The translations under genes and the position numbers were made by a program. The notes under the pieces were generated by a model that made no database searches, was not told the DNA's origin, and saw nothing but the letters and a program-made list of their open reading frames with translations. 64,000 bases of DNA from an uncultured Gammaproteobacteria bacterium (GTDB taxonomy: Bacteria > Patescibacteriota > Microgenomatia > UBA8517). The DNA is taken from NCBI GenBank assembly GCA_964600575.1, contig CAZRJH010000003.1, positions 17,640 through 81,639 on the forward strand, given 5' to 3'. Below, one piece after another: positions 38,030-47,241 of this stretch. Each line of letters starts with the position of its first letter. Within the stretch, counting starts at the first letter, position 1.

Positions 38030-39019
38030 ATGAAAAAAATTTTAGTCACAGGCGGCGCAGGTTATATCGGAAGTTTCATGGTTCGTGCTTTGGAAAACAA
38101 AGGCTACAATGTAACAATAGTCGACGATCTATCTTCGGGTCATAGGCATGCGGTTAAGGATTTTCGTTTAGAACAAATAAACTTATTAACTCAAAAAGAT
38201 TTACTAAACGACCTTTTTGCAAAGGAAAAATTCGACGGTGTAATACATATGGCCGCGTTTATCCAAATGGGAGAATCTTTTGTTAATCCGTCTAAGTATT
38301 ACCGTAATAATGTCATGGGATTTTTAAATCTTATGGACTCCATGAGAGATAACGGTTGCACAAATATAATTATTTCTTCTAGTGCGGGCGTTTACGGTAA
38401 TCCTCAAAGATTGCCGATAGAAGAAGACGATCCAAAAAACCCGCTTAATCCGTACGGGGAAACAAAGTATATGATGGAAAGAATTTGCGAAGACTACGAA
38501 GCTGCACACGGCATTAAATTTGTAAGTTTAAGATATTTTAACGCTTCGGGCGCTGCTCTTGACGGCTCTATAGGAGAGGCTCATCCGGAAGAAAGCCATT
38601 TAATACCTAATGTTATTTCCTCAGTTTTATCGGATAAAGAATTTACACTCTTTGGTGATGACTACCAAACACCCGACGGTACCTGCATAAGGGATTATGT
38701 GCATGTACTCGACCTTTCAGACTCACATGTTTTGGCTTTGGAATCCATACTAGGAGGGGGTAAAAGTGATTATTACAATATCGGCTTGGGTAAGGGTTAT
38801 TCCAATAAAGAAGTAATATCTCAAATAGAAGAAGTCTCGGGCAAAAAAGTTAGGTTAAAGATAATGCCAAAAAGACCCGGCGATGCAAACGCTTTATATG
38901 CAAAAATAGATAAAATAAAAAACGCACTGGGCTGGTCACCTAAATACGGAATAAAAGAAATTATAGAGTCTGCTTACAAATGGCACTTGCAAAACAAAAA
39001 CGGATATTCCTCCATTTGA
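38030..39019 (+). CDS. galE: UDP-glucose 4-epimerase
   Basis: VTGGAGYIGS, YGETK, LRYFNASGA, DGTCIRDYVHV. Confidence 0.95.
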   Translation: MKKILVTGGAGYIGSFMVRALENKGYNVTIVDDLSSGHRHAVKDFRLEQINLLTQKDLLNDLFAKEKFDGVIHMAAFIQMGESFVNPSKYYRNNVMGFLNLMDSMRDNGCTNIIISSSAGVYGNPQRLPIEEDDPKNPLNPYGETKYMMERICEDYEAAHGIKFVSLRYFNASGAALDGSIGEAHPEESHLIPNVISSVLSDKEFTLFGDDYQTPDGTCIRDYVHVLDLSDSHVLALESILGGGKSDYYNIGLGKGYSNKEVISQIEEVSGKKVRLKIMPKRPGDANALYAKIDKIKNALGWSPKYGIKEIIESAYKWHLQNKNGYSSI

Positions 39020-39050
39020 TTCCGACAGCTTCAGAGTTTAATATGAGTTA

Positions 39051-40049
39051 ATGAAACTATTGGAAAGAATAGCACATCTTTTTTTTCCGCGTGAATCTAA
39101 TAATCAAAAAGCAAAACTATTGCATCCAATAGGATTGGGTGTGTTGGCAACTTTAGTTATTGCTTTCCAAGTCGTTCTTAATTTTGTCCCTAAAACTTTT
39201 CCACAAGTTTTAGGTTACGCCGCAAACATCATTCCTTTCGATATCGTAAAACTGACAAACGAAAAACGTGCCCAAAACGGAATGCATGCTTTGGTTCTTG
39301 ATTCCACACTTTCCGCGGCGGCAATCGCAAAAGGAAACGATATGTTAGCAAAAGGTTATTGGGCTCACTTTGCACCGGACGGAACTTCGCCATGGAGCTT
39401 CTTTTTAAGTTTTGGTTATAAGTATAAATATGCCGGTGAAAATCTGGCGCGGGATTTTGCATCCTCTCAGGCGGCTATGGATGCTTGGATGAATAGCCCT
39501 TCTCACAAGGACAATATCCTTAACGACAGTTACAACGACATAGGTATTGGGGTAGTAGAAGGAAAGTTAAATGGTGTAGATACAACCATTATTGTCCAGT
39601 TTTTTGGAACAAAAATGCAAACGGAACCCAGTGTTGCCGCCGCACAGTTTTCCTCGGTTTTATCAACCCCAACCCCGTCAACCCTATTGGATGTAGCTAA
39701 AGAAAAATCACAAGAAGCCGCACTCCCCATCACTATAGAAACACCCGAGCCTACGCCTAGCCCAACCCCCGAATCCACTCCCACCCCGGAACCAACATTT
39801 ATTCCCGTAGCCATTGCTTCAACCGATCAAGTAACATCTTCTTCTTCGGGGAAACTGTCGCCATTTCTAACTACTAAAAATATCGCAATAGCTGTTGTTG
39901 CGGTTCTGCTTTTGGTGCTGGCAATCGACATAATAGTTATCAGACAAAAGCGAATAAATAGAGTCGGCGGTAGAACTTTGGCACACCTCGGTTTTTTTGG
40001 AATGATTTTCGCAGTTATAATTATTCTTAAAGCCGGAAAGATTATTTAA
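39051..40049 (+). CDS. CAP/SCP-domain membrane protein with Pro/Thr linker
   Basis: YWAH, AGENLA, WMNSPSHKDNIL, IGIGV. Confidence 0.9.
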   Translation: MKLLERIAHLFFPRESNNQKAKLLHPIGLGVLATLVIAFQVVLNFVPKTFPQVLGYAANIIPFDIVKLTNEKRAQNGMHALVLDSTLSAAAIAKGNDMLAKGYWAHFAPDGTSPWSFFLSFGYKYKYAGENLARDFASSQAAMDAWMNSPSHKDNILNDSYNDIGIGVVEGKLNGVDTTIIVQFFGTKMQTEPSVAAAQFSSVLSTPTPSTLLDVAKEKSQEAALPITIETPEPTPSPTPESTPTPEPTFIPVAIASTDQVTSSSSGKLSPFLTTKNIAIAVVAVLLLVLAIDIIVIRQKRINRVGGRTLAHLGFFGMIFAVIIILKAGKII

Positions 40050-40050
40050 T

Positions 40051-40311
40051 ATGAAAAAATTTGCAAAACATCTGCCGCACTTTCTGCTTTTAGCAGGTAT
40101 ACTTTTCGCTGGATTTGCAGGGTTAATTTTGTTTTCTCATAATTCAAAGTTTCAAGGGGCGGTCGCACTTGCAACGGCTTCGGCTTATGTGGCTTGGGGA
40201 ATTATGCATCATTATCTTCATAAAGATCTGCATTGGGAGGTCTTTGTAGAGTACGTGGCCGTGGCTGCACTCGGCCTTGCGATTCTTTTTTCCTTGATTT
40301 TGGGACAATAA
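40051..40311 (+). CDS. Small three-TM hypothetical protein
   Basis: YVAWGIMHHYLHKDL...EY. Confidence 0.65.
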   Translation: MKKFAKHLPHFLLLAGILFAGFAGLILFSHNSKFQGAVALATASAYVAWGIMHHYLHKDLHWEVFVEYVAVAALGLAILFSLILGQ

Positions 40312-40329
40312 CAAAATATACTTTCAGTT

Positions 40330-41262
40330 ATGCTTTCAGGCACAAATATGTCGTCAGGCACGAATTTAAAAAAGGTCAGAAAGGCCGTAATTCCGGCAGC
40401 AGGGTTTGGAACAAGATTTCTTCCTCAAACCAAGGCAATGCCTAAAGAAATGCTTCCTATAGTAGATAAACCTGTAATTCAATATGTTGTAGAAGAGCTG
40501 GTGGAAGCGGGTATTCAAGACATTTTTATTGTTACAGGCTACCACAAGCGAGGAATAGAAGACCATTTTGATTCACCCAATCTGGATCTTATAGAAAATC
40601 TCAAAATGGGCGGGGAAAAGAAAAAACCGCTTTTGGAAGAAGTAGAAAAAATCTCCAATATGGCAAACTTCGTCTATGTTAGACAAAAAGGCCCCTACGG
40701 CAACGGTACGCCTCTTTTGAATGTCAGACATCTAATCGGGGACGAGCCCTTTATCTACACATGGAGCGACGACTTTATAAAAGCCGAACCCAACAGGTTC
40801 AAACAGCTTATTTCCGCCTATGAAAAATACGGAGCAAGTTGTTTGGCAAGTCTTAAAGCAACCAAAGACGAAGACTACGAACGCTACGGAAACTCAGGTG
40901 GAACTTTTTTGGAAGACGGAATAATGGATGTAGACAACATTATAGAAAAACCCGGTAAAGATAAAGCACTTTCGGATTTGGTTAATGTTTCCGGTTATCT
41001 ATTTACTCCCGACATTTTTAATTATCTAGATACCGCACTTAAAAATCTCAAACAGGGTGACGAACTTTACTACAACGATGCGCTCAAGTTAATGCTCGAA
41101 GATGGTAAAAAAGTAATGGCTGTAGAGATTAAAAACGGAAAATACTACGATACGGGTAACAAGATGGAGTATCTTAAGACGGTGGTTGAGTTTGCTTTGG
41201 CTCGCCCGGATATAAACGGCAAGTTTAGGGATTATCTCAAAAGCCTCAATTTAGACGGGTAA
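40330..41262 (+). CDS. galU: UTP-glucose-1-phosphate uridylyltransferase (GalU type)
   Basis: KAVIPAAGFGTRFLPQTKAMPKEMLPIVDKP, YVRQ, IIEKP, YYDTG; start may be the second Met (40348). Confidence 0.9.
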   Translation: MLSGTNMSSGTNLKKVRKAVIPAAGFGTRFLPQTKAMPKEMLPIVDKPVIQYVVEELVEAGIQDIFIVTGYHKRGIEDHFDSPNLDLIENLKMGGEKKKPLLEEVEKISNMANFVYVRQKGPYGNGTPLLNVRHLIGDEPFIYTWSDDFIKAEPNRFKQLISAYEKYGASCLASLKATKDEDYERYGNSGGTFLEDGIMDVDNIIEKPGKDKALSDLVNVSGYLFTPDIFNYLDTALKNLKQGDELYYNDALKLMLEDGKKVMAVEIKNGKYYDTGNKMEYLKTVVEFALARPDINGKFRDYLKSLNLDG

Positions 41263-41271
41263 TTATTCAAT

Positions 41272-43197
41272 ATGAAGATTTTTGTAACTGGAGCTGCAGG
41301 TTTTATCGGGTCCAACTTTGTGCATTATTGGCACAAAAAACATCCCAAAGATAAGATAGTCGTAATCGACTCGCTTACCTATGCTGGCAATATCGAAAAC
41401 CTAAATTCGATCAAAAACGACATAGAATTTATACACGCTGATATCAACGATAGGGCAAAAGTCTCCGAAGGTTTAAAAGGTGTGGATGCTGTAGTCCACT
41501 TTGCAGCCGAAAGCCATGTCGATAGAAGTGTTTTTGATCCTAGCAGGTATTGGGCAACCAATGTTCACGGGACCGTAACACTTTTGGAAGAGGCCCACAA
41601 AATAGGAATAAAAAGGTTTCATCATATATCAACCGACGAGGTTTACGGCGAACTTCCCTTAGATTCGGACCTAAAATTCACAGAAAAGACTCCGTATTCC
41701 CCCAGACCCGATAATTTGTATGCACTTTCAAAAGCAGAAGCTGACAAAGTTGTATTGGAATTTTACAAAAAGACGGATATGTATATAACAATTTCCAACT
41801 GTTCAAATAATTACGGACCTTTCCAGTTCCCCGAAAAATTTATGCCGATTGTAATTACCAATTTAATAGACAACATTAAAGTTCCTATTCATGGCGACGG
41901 AAGAAATGTAAGAGATTGGATTCATGCCTGGGACCACTCGTCGGCAATAGACCTTATTCTAAACAAAGGTAAAAGTGGCCAGACATATTTGGTAGGTTCC
42001 AATAACGATAGAGACAATAACTACATTGCCGAGAAGTTGGTAAATCTTTACGGCCAGGATATGTCAGTAATCAGGCATGTACCGGATAGGCACTCCAACG
42101 ATAGAAGATATGCAATTGATGCAACAAAAATAATAGAAGAACTCGGCTGGCAGCCCGAAATTGGCAGAGACAATTTTGACGACGGACTAAAAGAAACTGT
42201 CGATTGGTACAAAGCAAATCAAGATTGGTGGAGACCACTGCTCAAAAGAAAAGCTTCAATTTCGGACGAAGAAGGAACTTTAAGTGCGTATATATCTCTC
42301 GACAGAGAAACTGGGAAAACAAAATTTACTTTCGGTAAACTGGAAAAAACCGAAGGGGCCCTTCAGACGCCCGAGGATGTTAAAGAGCATTTTGTAGAAC
42401 AAAATCTGGTAAGGTACGAAATTGTAATGAAAAATCTCGAGTCTAAAAAGTGGTTTAAAGCTACCGCAACTTCCATTAAAAATAAAGTTAAGGCATTAGC
42501 TCTTAACCCGTCAACATTTGGTTACGTAGAAGATTTGGCCGCACGCGAAGACAAAATAGTAAGCGATACAATTTTGCGCATTGTGGAAGTCGATCACGCC
42601 AGACCGGAATTTGGAATATACGGAATTGCCACATGGTTCGAAGTTGTAAATCTGGAAGGAGTAATCAGGTCGGAAGGTTTTTATTCTTGGGGTTGGGGTC
42701 CAAAATCGGGGGCAAAACTTTTAGTACTAGTTAGACGTGGTGGCGAAATAACCCACCTCGCCTTACAAAGAGAAGAAAAATTTCCCACAGGTTCAATGGT
42801 TTATAACCTTGCAGGAGGGTTTCCCAAGCTCAACGAAAGCGTTCTAAATTTTATCATCAGATCACTAAAAAAAGATTTAGACATAAGTATTAAAAACGGA
42901 GGTGTTACTCTTAATGAAATTGTAAGTCTTGGTCGCGTTGCACCGGATTCTGGTATGACAAATAATCACCCCAATCTTTACGGAGTAATTCTAGACTTCG
43001 AAGACAGCTATTTCCCCACAATTAGAGCAGGGGAGAAGTTCGAAAAAGGATCGGGAATAGTTTTGTGGCCAGTTTCCCAAATATCTGATATTGTTAGTAA
43101 GTGTGACGATTCTTATTTCTTGTCCGCAATGGCAAGAATAACTCTTTCGGGTATCTATACAATCAACCTGGCGGAGAAAAATAGCAGCCAAAGCTAA
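41272..43197 (+). CDS. rmlB: dTDP-glucose 4,6-dehydratase fused to ~310-aa C-terminal extension with degenerate Nudix-like domain
   Basis: GAAGFIGSNF, DSLTYAGN, HFAAESHVDRS, STDEVYG, YALSK, SNNYGPFQFPEK; extension after WWRPL. Confidence 0.9.
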   Translation: MKIFVTGAAGFIGSNFVHYWHKKHPKDKIVVIDSLTYAGNIENLNSIKNDIEFIHADINDRAKVSEGLKGVDAVVHFAAESHVDRSVFDPSRYWATNVHGTVTLLEEAHKIGIKRFHHISTDEVYGELPLDSDLKFTEKTPYSPRPDNLYALSKAEADKVVLEFYKKTDMYITISNCSNNYGPFQFPEKFMPIVITNLIDNIKVPIHGDGRNVRDWIHAWDHSSAIDLILNKGKSGQTYLVGSNNDRDNNYIAEKLVNLYGQDMSVIRHVPDRHSNDRRYAIDATKIIEELGWQPEIGRDNFDDGLKETVDWYKANQDWWRPLLKRKASISDEEGTLSAYISLDRETGKTKFTFGKLEKTEGALQTPEDVKEHFVEQNLVRYEIVMKNLESKKWFKATATSIKNKVKALALNPSTFGYVEDLAAREDKIVSDTILRIVEVDHARPEFGIYGIATWFEVVNLEGVIRSEGFYSWGWGPKSGAKLLVLVRRGGEITHLALQREEKFPTGSMVYNLAGGFPKLNESVLNFIIRSLKKDLDISIKNGGVTLNEIVSLGRVAPDSGMTNNHPNLYGVILDFEDSYFPTIRAGEKFEKGSGIVLWPVSQISDIVSKCDDSYFLSAMARITLSGIYTINLAEKNSSQS

Positions 43198-43198
43198 T

Positions 43199-43786
43199 AT
43201 GATGCGTTTCGACCCCGATAAGCATATTAAAAAAACTTCAATTCCGGGCGTCGTGTTAATCGAACGTCCTATTTTGGGCGATGCAAGGGGTTTTTTACAC
43301 GAGCCATACAACAGGGAAGAACTAAAAGCTGCAACAGGGGTGGAGTTTAATCCTGTCCAGTGGACTCACGCCTACATAAAACCGGGGGTTGTAAAAGCGG
43401 TGCATTCAGAAAACTGGAATAAGTTAATATACCCCGTTACGGGTGTTTTATATGCGCCCATTGTTGACTTGCGCCCCGAAAGCGAAACTTTCGGTAAAGT
43501 TGAATATATAACTATAGATAACACAAAAGAGGATTCTCCTAGGCATGCTCTGTTTTTACCCGCAGGCGGCATCGGTAATTCAATTACCGTTTTAGGCAAC
43601 GAAATGATGCATTATTTTTATCTGATAGATGAATATTGGGATGATGCAAAAGCAAGTGGTGTGGCATGGGACGACCCAGATCTAAATATAAAGTGGCCGA
43701 TAGAAAATCCAATTCTCTCCGAACGAGATAAAACCAACCCCACCTTAAGGCAGATGTTCCCTCATAAGTTTAAAAACCAAAAATGA
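43199..43786 (+). CDS. rmlC: dTDP-4-dehydrorhamnose 3,5-epimerase
   Basis: GDARGF, GVVKAVH, VDLRPESETFG, WDDPDLNIKWP, LSERD. Confidence 0.88.
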   Translation: MMRFDPDKHIKKTSIPGVVLIERPILGDARGFLHEPYNREELKAATGVEFNPVQWTHAYIKPGVVKAVHSENWNKLIYPVTGVLYAPIVDLRPESETFGKVEYITIDNTKEDSPRHALFLPAGGIGNSITVLGNEMMHYFYLIDEYWDDAKASGVAWDDPDLNIKWPIENPILSERDKTNPTLRQMFPHKFKNQK

Positions 43787-44688
43787 AAAAGCTTTTTGTT
43801 GTCGGCGGAAGCGGGATGGTTGCTTCTAGAGTAATCGAATTAATCGGAGCAGATTTCGAAGTCACCTCGTTAGACGAAAAGACTTTGGACATAACCGACT
43901 CTCAAAAAGTTAACGAATTTTTTGAGAAAAACGAATTTGATATTATTGCCAACTTTGCCGCTTTTACAAATGTTGACGCAGCCGAAAAAGAAAGCGGCGA
44001 TCAAAACGGATTAGTTTACCGACTAAACGTAGAAGGTCCAAAAAATTTGGCAGCGGCTTGCAAAAGCAAAGGAAAGTTTTTGCTGCATATTTCTACAGAC
44101 TTTGTTTTTAAAGGATCGTTGGATGCAGCAGGCCCTTATATGGAAAACTCCGAACTACCCCAAACCAACGAAGGAATCGGATGGTACGGTTGGACTAAAA
44201 ATCTTGCAGAGAAAGAACTCGCCGGGATAGAAGGACTAAAATATGCCGTAATAAGATACGGCTATCCCTTTAGGGCAAAAGTTTTTGAGGCTAAAAAAGA
44301 TTGGGCAAGAAATTTGATCAGTTTGTACAACGAACAAAAATTATACCCGTTATTTAATGACCAAGTACAAAGCGTACTTTTTGTGGACGACCTTGCAGAA
44401 CCGTTCGCCAAAATATGCGATAAAGAACTTGCGGGCGTATTCCATATAGCCTCTTCCGACACTGTAACTCCGTTTGAGGCGGCTAAATATCTCTTGGAAA
44501 GTTATTCAAAAAAGGATGTGGAGCTTGCCGAAGGGTATATGGTAGATTTTTTGAATGCTCCAGGAAGAACGCCAAGGCCAAGGTTGGGCGGGCTAGATGT
44601 AACTCAAACCGAAGAATCACTGCAAATGGAGTTTCGGTCCTGGAGAGAGATGATAGACGAGTTTGTTCTTCAATCGTCTAGTGAATAA
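43783..44688 (+). CDS. rmlD: dTDP-4-dehydrorhamnose reductase
   Basis: GGSGMV, AAFTNVDAAE, HISTDFVF, YGWTK. Confidence 0.88.
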   Translation: MKKLFVVGGSGMVASRVIELIGADFEVTSLDEKTLDITDSQKVNEFFEKNEFDIIANFAAFTNVDAAEKESGDQNGLVYRLNVEGPKNLAAACKSKGKFLLHISTDFVFKGSLDAAGPYMENSELPQTNEGIGWYGWTKNLAEKELAGIEGLKYAVIRYGYPFRAKVFEAKKDWARNLISLYNEQKLYPLFNDQVQSVLFVDDLAEPFAKICDKELAGVFHIASSDTVTPFEAAKYLLESYSKKDVELAEGYMVDFLNAPGRTPRPRLGGLDVTQTEESLQMEFRSWREMIDEFVLQSSSE

Positions 44689-44987
44689 TCCGAAGGTCTT
44701 AACCCGAATATTAGCTGGGCCCTCTGGCTCAGAAAGTTCAAACTAGCCTCTCGTATTGCAAAATCTTTAGAAGTTTCCTGGAGAAGTTTAGCCCCTACAA
44801 TGTCTCCGTTAGAGTTTTTCCCTACCGCTATGTGGTACATTCTTGATTCCGCATCTGCAGGTATTAGATCAGGAAATCCAAATGCCTGGGCCAAAAGGCG
44901 ATTCCAGTCTTCAACTTCTGCCTGAACAACCACTTTATTTCCGGGTATCATTTCGGGAACGGGAACACTATAACAAGTCTCTTTCAT
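44670..44987 (-). CDS. Hypothetical protein
   Basis: 105-aa ORF 12 nt downstream of trmD on the same strand. Confidence 0.5.
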   Translation of the reverse strand: MKETCYSVPVPEMIPGNKVVVQAEVEDWNRLLAQAFGFPDLIPADAESRMYHIAVGKNSNGDIVGAKLLQETSKDFAIREASLNFLSQRAQLIFGLRPSDYSLDD

Positions 44988-44999
44988 GGATGAGGGATA

Positions 45000-45629
45000 T
45001 TAGTTCTTTTTTCGCCACAAGTCAATTTCTTTATGATTCCCCGATAACAGCACTTTAGGAACTTCCCAGCCGTTATATTTCTCGGGTCTTGTGTATTGGG
45101 GATATTCCAGATAACCCGGATATTTATGTGACTCGTCAACCGAAGACTCATCTTTGCCCAGAACACCGGGAATTAGCCTAATTACGCTATCCACCAAAAG
45201 CATTGACGCAAGCTCGCCGCCAGTTAAGACAAAATCTCCTACGGAGATTACTTCATCAACAAGGTGTTCGTGGACTCTGTGATCAATTCCTTCGTAATGT
45301 CCGGCTATTAAAACTAAATTTTTTTCCGTGCTTAAGCTTTGAGACTTTGTCTGGACCAATCTTTCACCGGTCGCGTCTAAAAGTATCACTTTTGATTCTT
45401 TGGTTCTAATTTCTTTTAGGGCATTGTCTATTACATCAACTCTTAAAATCATACCGACTCCGCCGCCGTAGGGTCTGTCGTCAACATTTCTTCTTTCCGT
45501 ATCACCCCATTTTCTAAGGTCATGAACCCTGATTTTAACCAGCTTTTTGCTTTCGGCTCTTTTGATAATCGAGGCATCAAAAGGCCCTTTATACATGTCA
45601 GGGAAGAGTGTTAGTATGTCAATTTCCAT
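45000..45629 (-). CDS. trmD: tRNA (guanine-N1)-methyltransferase
   Basis: LTLFP, VDDRPYGGGVGM, GHYEGIDHRV, SVGDFVLTGGE, LEYPQYTRP, SGNH. Confidence 0.97.
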   Translation of the reverse strand: MEIDILTLFPDMYKGPFDASIIKRAESKKLVKIRVHDLRKWGDTERRNVDDRPYGGGVGMILRVDVIDNALKEIRTKESKVILLDATGERLVQTKSQSLSTEKNLVLIAGHYEGIDHRVHEHLVDEVISVGDFVLTGGELASMLLVDSVIRLIPGVLGKDESSVDESHKYPGYLEYPQYTRPEKYNGWEVPKVLLSGNHKEIDLWRKKN

Positions 45630-45653
45630 ACGGGTATTGTATCATTTGTTGAA

Positions 45654-46817
45654 ATGGACAAGGTTGTAATTGTGATGCCGGCTTATAACGAATCTCAGAA
45701 TATTGCACTGATGATTCACGAACTTTTCGAAAACGAATTTCCTAAAATAGAGGGGGCCCAAATGCATTTGTTGGTGGTGGATGATTATTCTCCCGACGGA
45801 ACGGGGGATGTGGTCAAAAAACTAATGCCCAAATATAAAAATCTTCACATACTCCAAAAAAACAAAGAAGGTTTGGGCTGGGCTTACATCAGAGGTTTTG
45901 AATATGCGGTAGAGAAAATAAATGCCGATGCTGTTGTCGAAATGGATGCCGATTTTCAACATCCGCCAAGATTTGTTAAACCGATGGTTGATGCCTATAT
46001 CGACGGAGCAGACTATGTTATCGGCAGTAGATATATAAAAGGAGGATCTGTCCCAAAAGAATGGGCTTTTTTTAGAAAAGCCATTAGTGCACTAGGTAAT
46101 CTTTTTATACGTTTGGTTCTAATTAAACCCCAAATACACGATTTAACCACGGGCTTTCGGCTTACACGGGTTAAAGGAGTTTTGGATAAGATAAACCTAA
46201 ACGGTCTTATGGAACCGGAGAGATTTGCCTATAAAGTTGATCTTTTATACCAAAGCATAAAAAATTCTAAAAAAACCGTAGAAGTCCCATTGGAATTCGC
46301 GGCACGTACAAAAGAAAAATCCAAATTTAATACTAAAGAAATGGTTTCCACTTTTAAAATAGCGGTGATTTTGGGAATCAAAGACAAAATAAGGCTCATT
46401 AAGTTTGCAATAGTCGGTTTTGTCGGCTTTTTGGTTAACTATTTAAGCTTGGAATTTCTAAAAAGTATTGGTGTTTCCACCTACTTATCGGCACTGTTCG
46501 CAACGGAGGTTGCAATCGTCTCTAACTTTACATTCAATAATATCTGGACATTTAGGGATAAAGAAATTGTAAGAGTTAAAGACATAGTCATTCAATTTCT
46601 TAAATTTAATTTGTCATCGATGGTGGCCGTTATCGTACAACCTTTGATAGTTACTTTGGCAGTTAAGCTGGCCGGTGATACCCCGCTTGTTCATCTTGGA
46701 GGCCTGCTTTTTGCGCTTCTTTTCATAATAGTTCCATATAACTATGTGGTTTATAACTTGTTTATCTGGAAAACATGGAAGCTTCCAAAATTCAACGGGA
46801 AGAAAAAGGAACTCTAA
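45654..46817 (+). CDS. Polyprenol-phosphate glycosyltransferase (GT2, DPM1-like) fused to GtrA domain
   Basis: MPAYNE, VVDDYSPDGTG, MDADFQHPP, GSRY; C-terminal KFAIVG...NFTFNNIWTF. Confidence 0.9.
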   Translation: MDKVVIVMPAYNESQNIALMIHELFENEFPKIEGAQMHLLVVDDYSPDGTGDVVKKLMPKYKNLHILQKNKEGLGWAYIRGFEYAVEKINADAVVEMDADFQHPPRFVKPMVDAYIDGADYVIGSRYIKGGSVPKEWAFFRKAISALGNLFIRLVLIKPQIHDLTTGFRLTRVKGVLDKINLNGLMEPERFAYKVDLLYQSIKNSKKTVEVPLEFAARTKEKSKFNTKEMVSTFKIAVILGIKDKIRLIKFAIVGFVGFLVNYLSLEFLKSIGVSTYLSALFATEVAIVSNFTFNNIWTFRDKEIVRVKDIVIQFLKFNLSSMVAVIVQPLIVTLAVKLAGDTPLVHLGGLLFALLFIIVPYNYVVYNLFIWKTWKLPKFNGKKKEL

Positions 46818-47202
46818 ACTTGTATCCGTAGTTAATTAATCCCTTGTCACCATCTTCATTTAACTTTCTGGTTACCATTTCCACACTTGTTCCTATTTCT
46901 ATAGGTTTTGTCGGGTCCTCCAAATCCGTTATCTGCGCAGTTATCATTGGCCCTTCTTCTAATTTAATTAACGCGACCTGGTATGGAGTATTTTCTTCAA
47001 AGCCGGCCGGAGCCTCAAAAACAACAGTTGATGAATAAATGGTCCCTTTTCCGCTAAAGTTGAAAGGTATCTTGGCTTCGCCGTGACAGTCAGGGCAGAC
47101 GTCTCTCGGTGGAAAAACTTTATGCCCCTCGTTACAGACTTCACCTACCAGTCGGTATCTTTGGCTTTTTAGACGCCAATGTCGTGGAATTTCATGACTC
47201 AT
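46792..47202 (-). CDS. DUF35 Zn-ribbon/OB-fold protein
   Basis: FPPRDVCPDC, GTIYSSTVV, PYQVALIKLEEG, YGYKF. Confidence 0.88.
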   Translation of the reverse strand: MSHEIPRHWRLKSQRYRLVGEVCNEGHKVFPPRDVCPDCHGEAKIPFNFSGKGTIYSSTVVFEAPAGFEENTPYQVALIKLEEGPMITAQITDLEDPTKPIEIGTSVEMVTRKLNEDGDKGLINYGYKFRVPFSSR

Positions 47203-47241
47203 ACATAAATTAGTCTATAGTGGCAGGGAAAAACCCACGAT

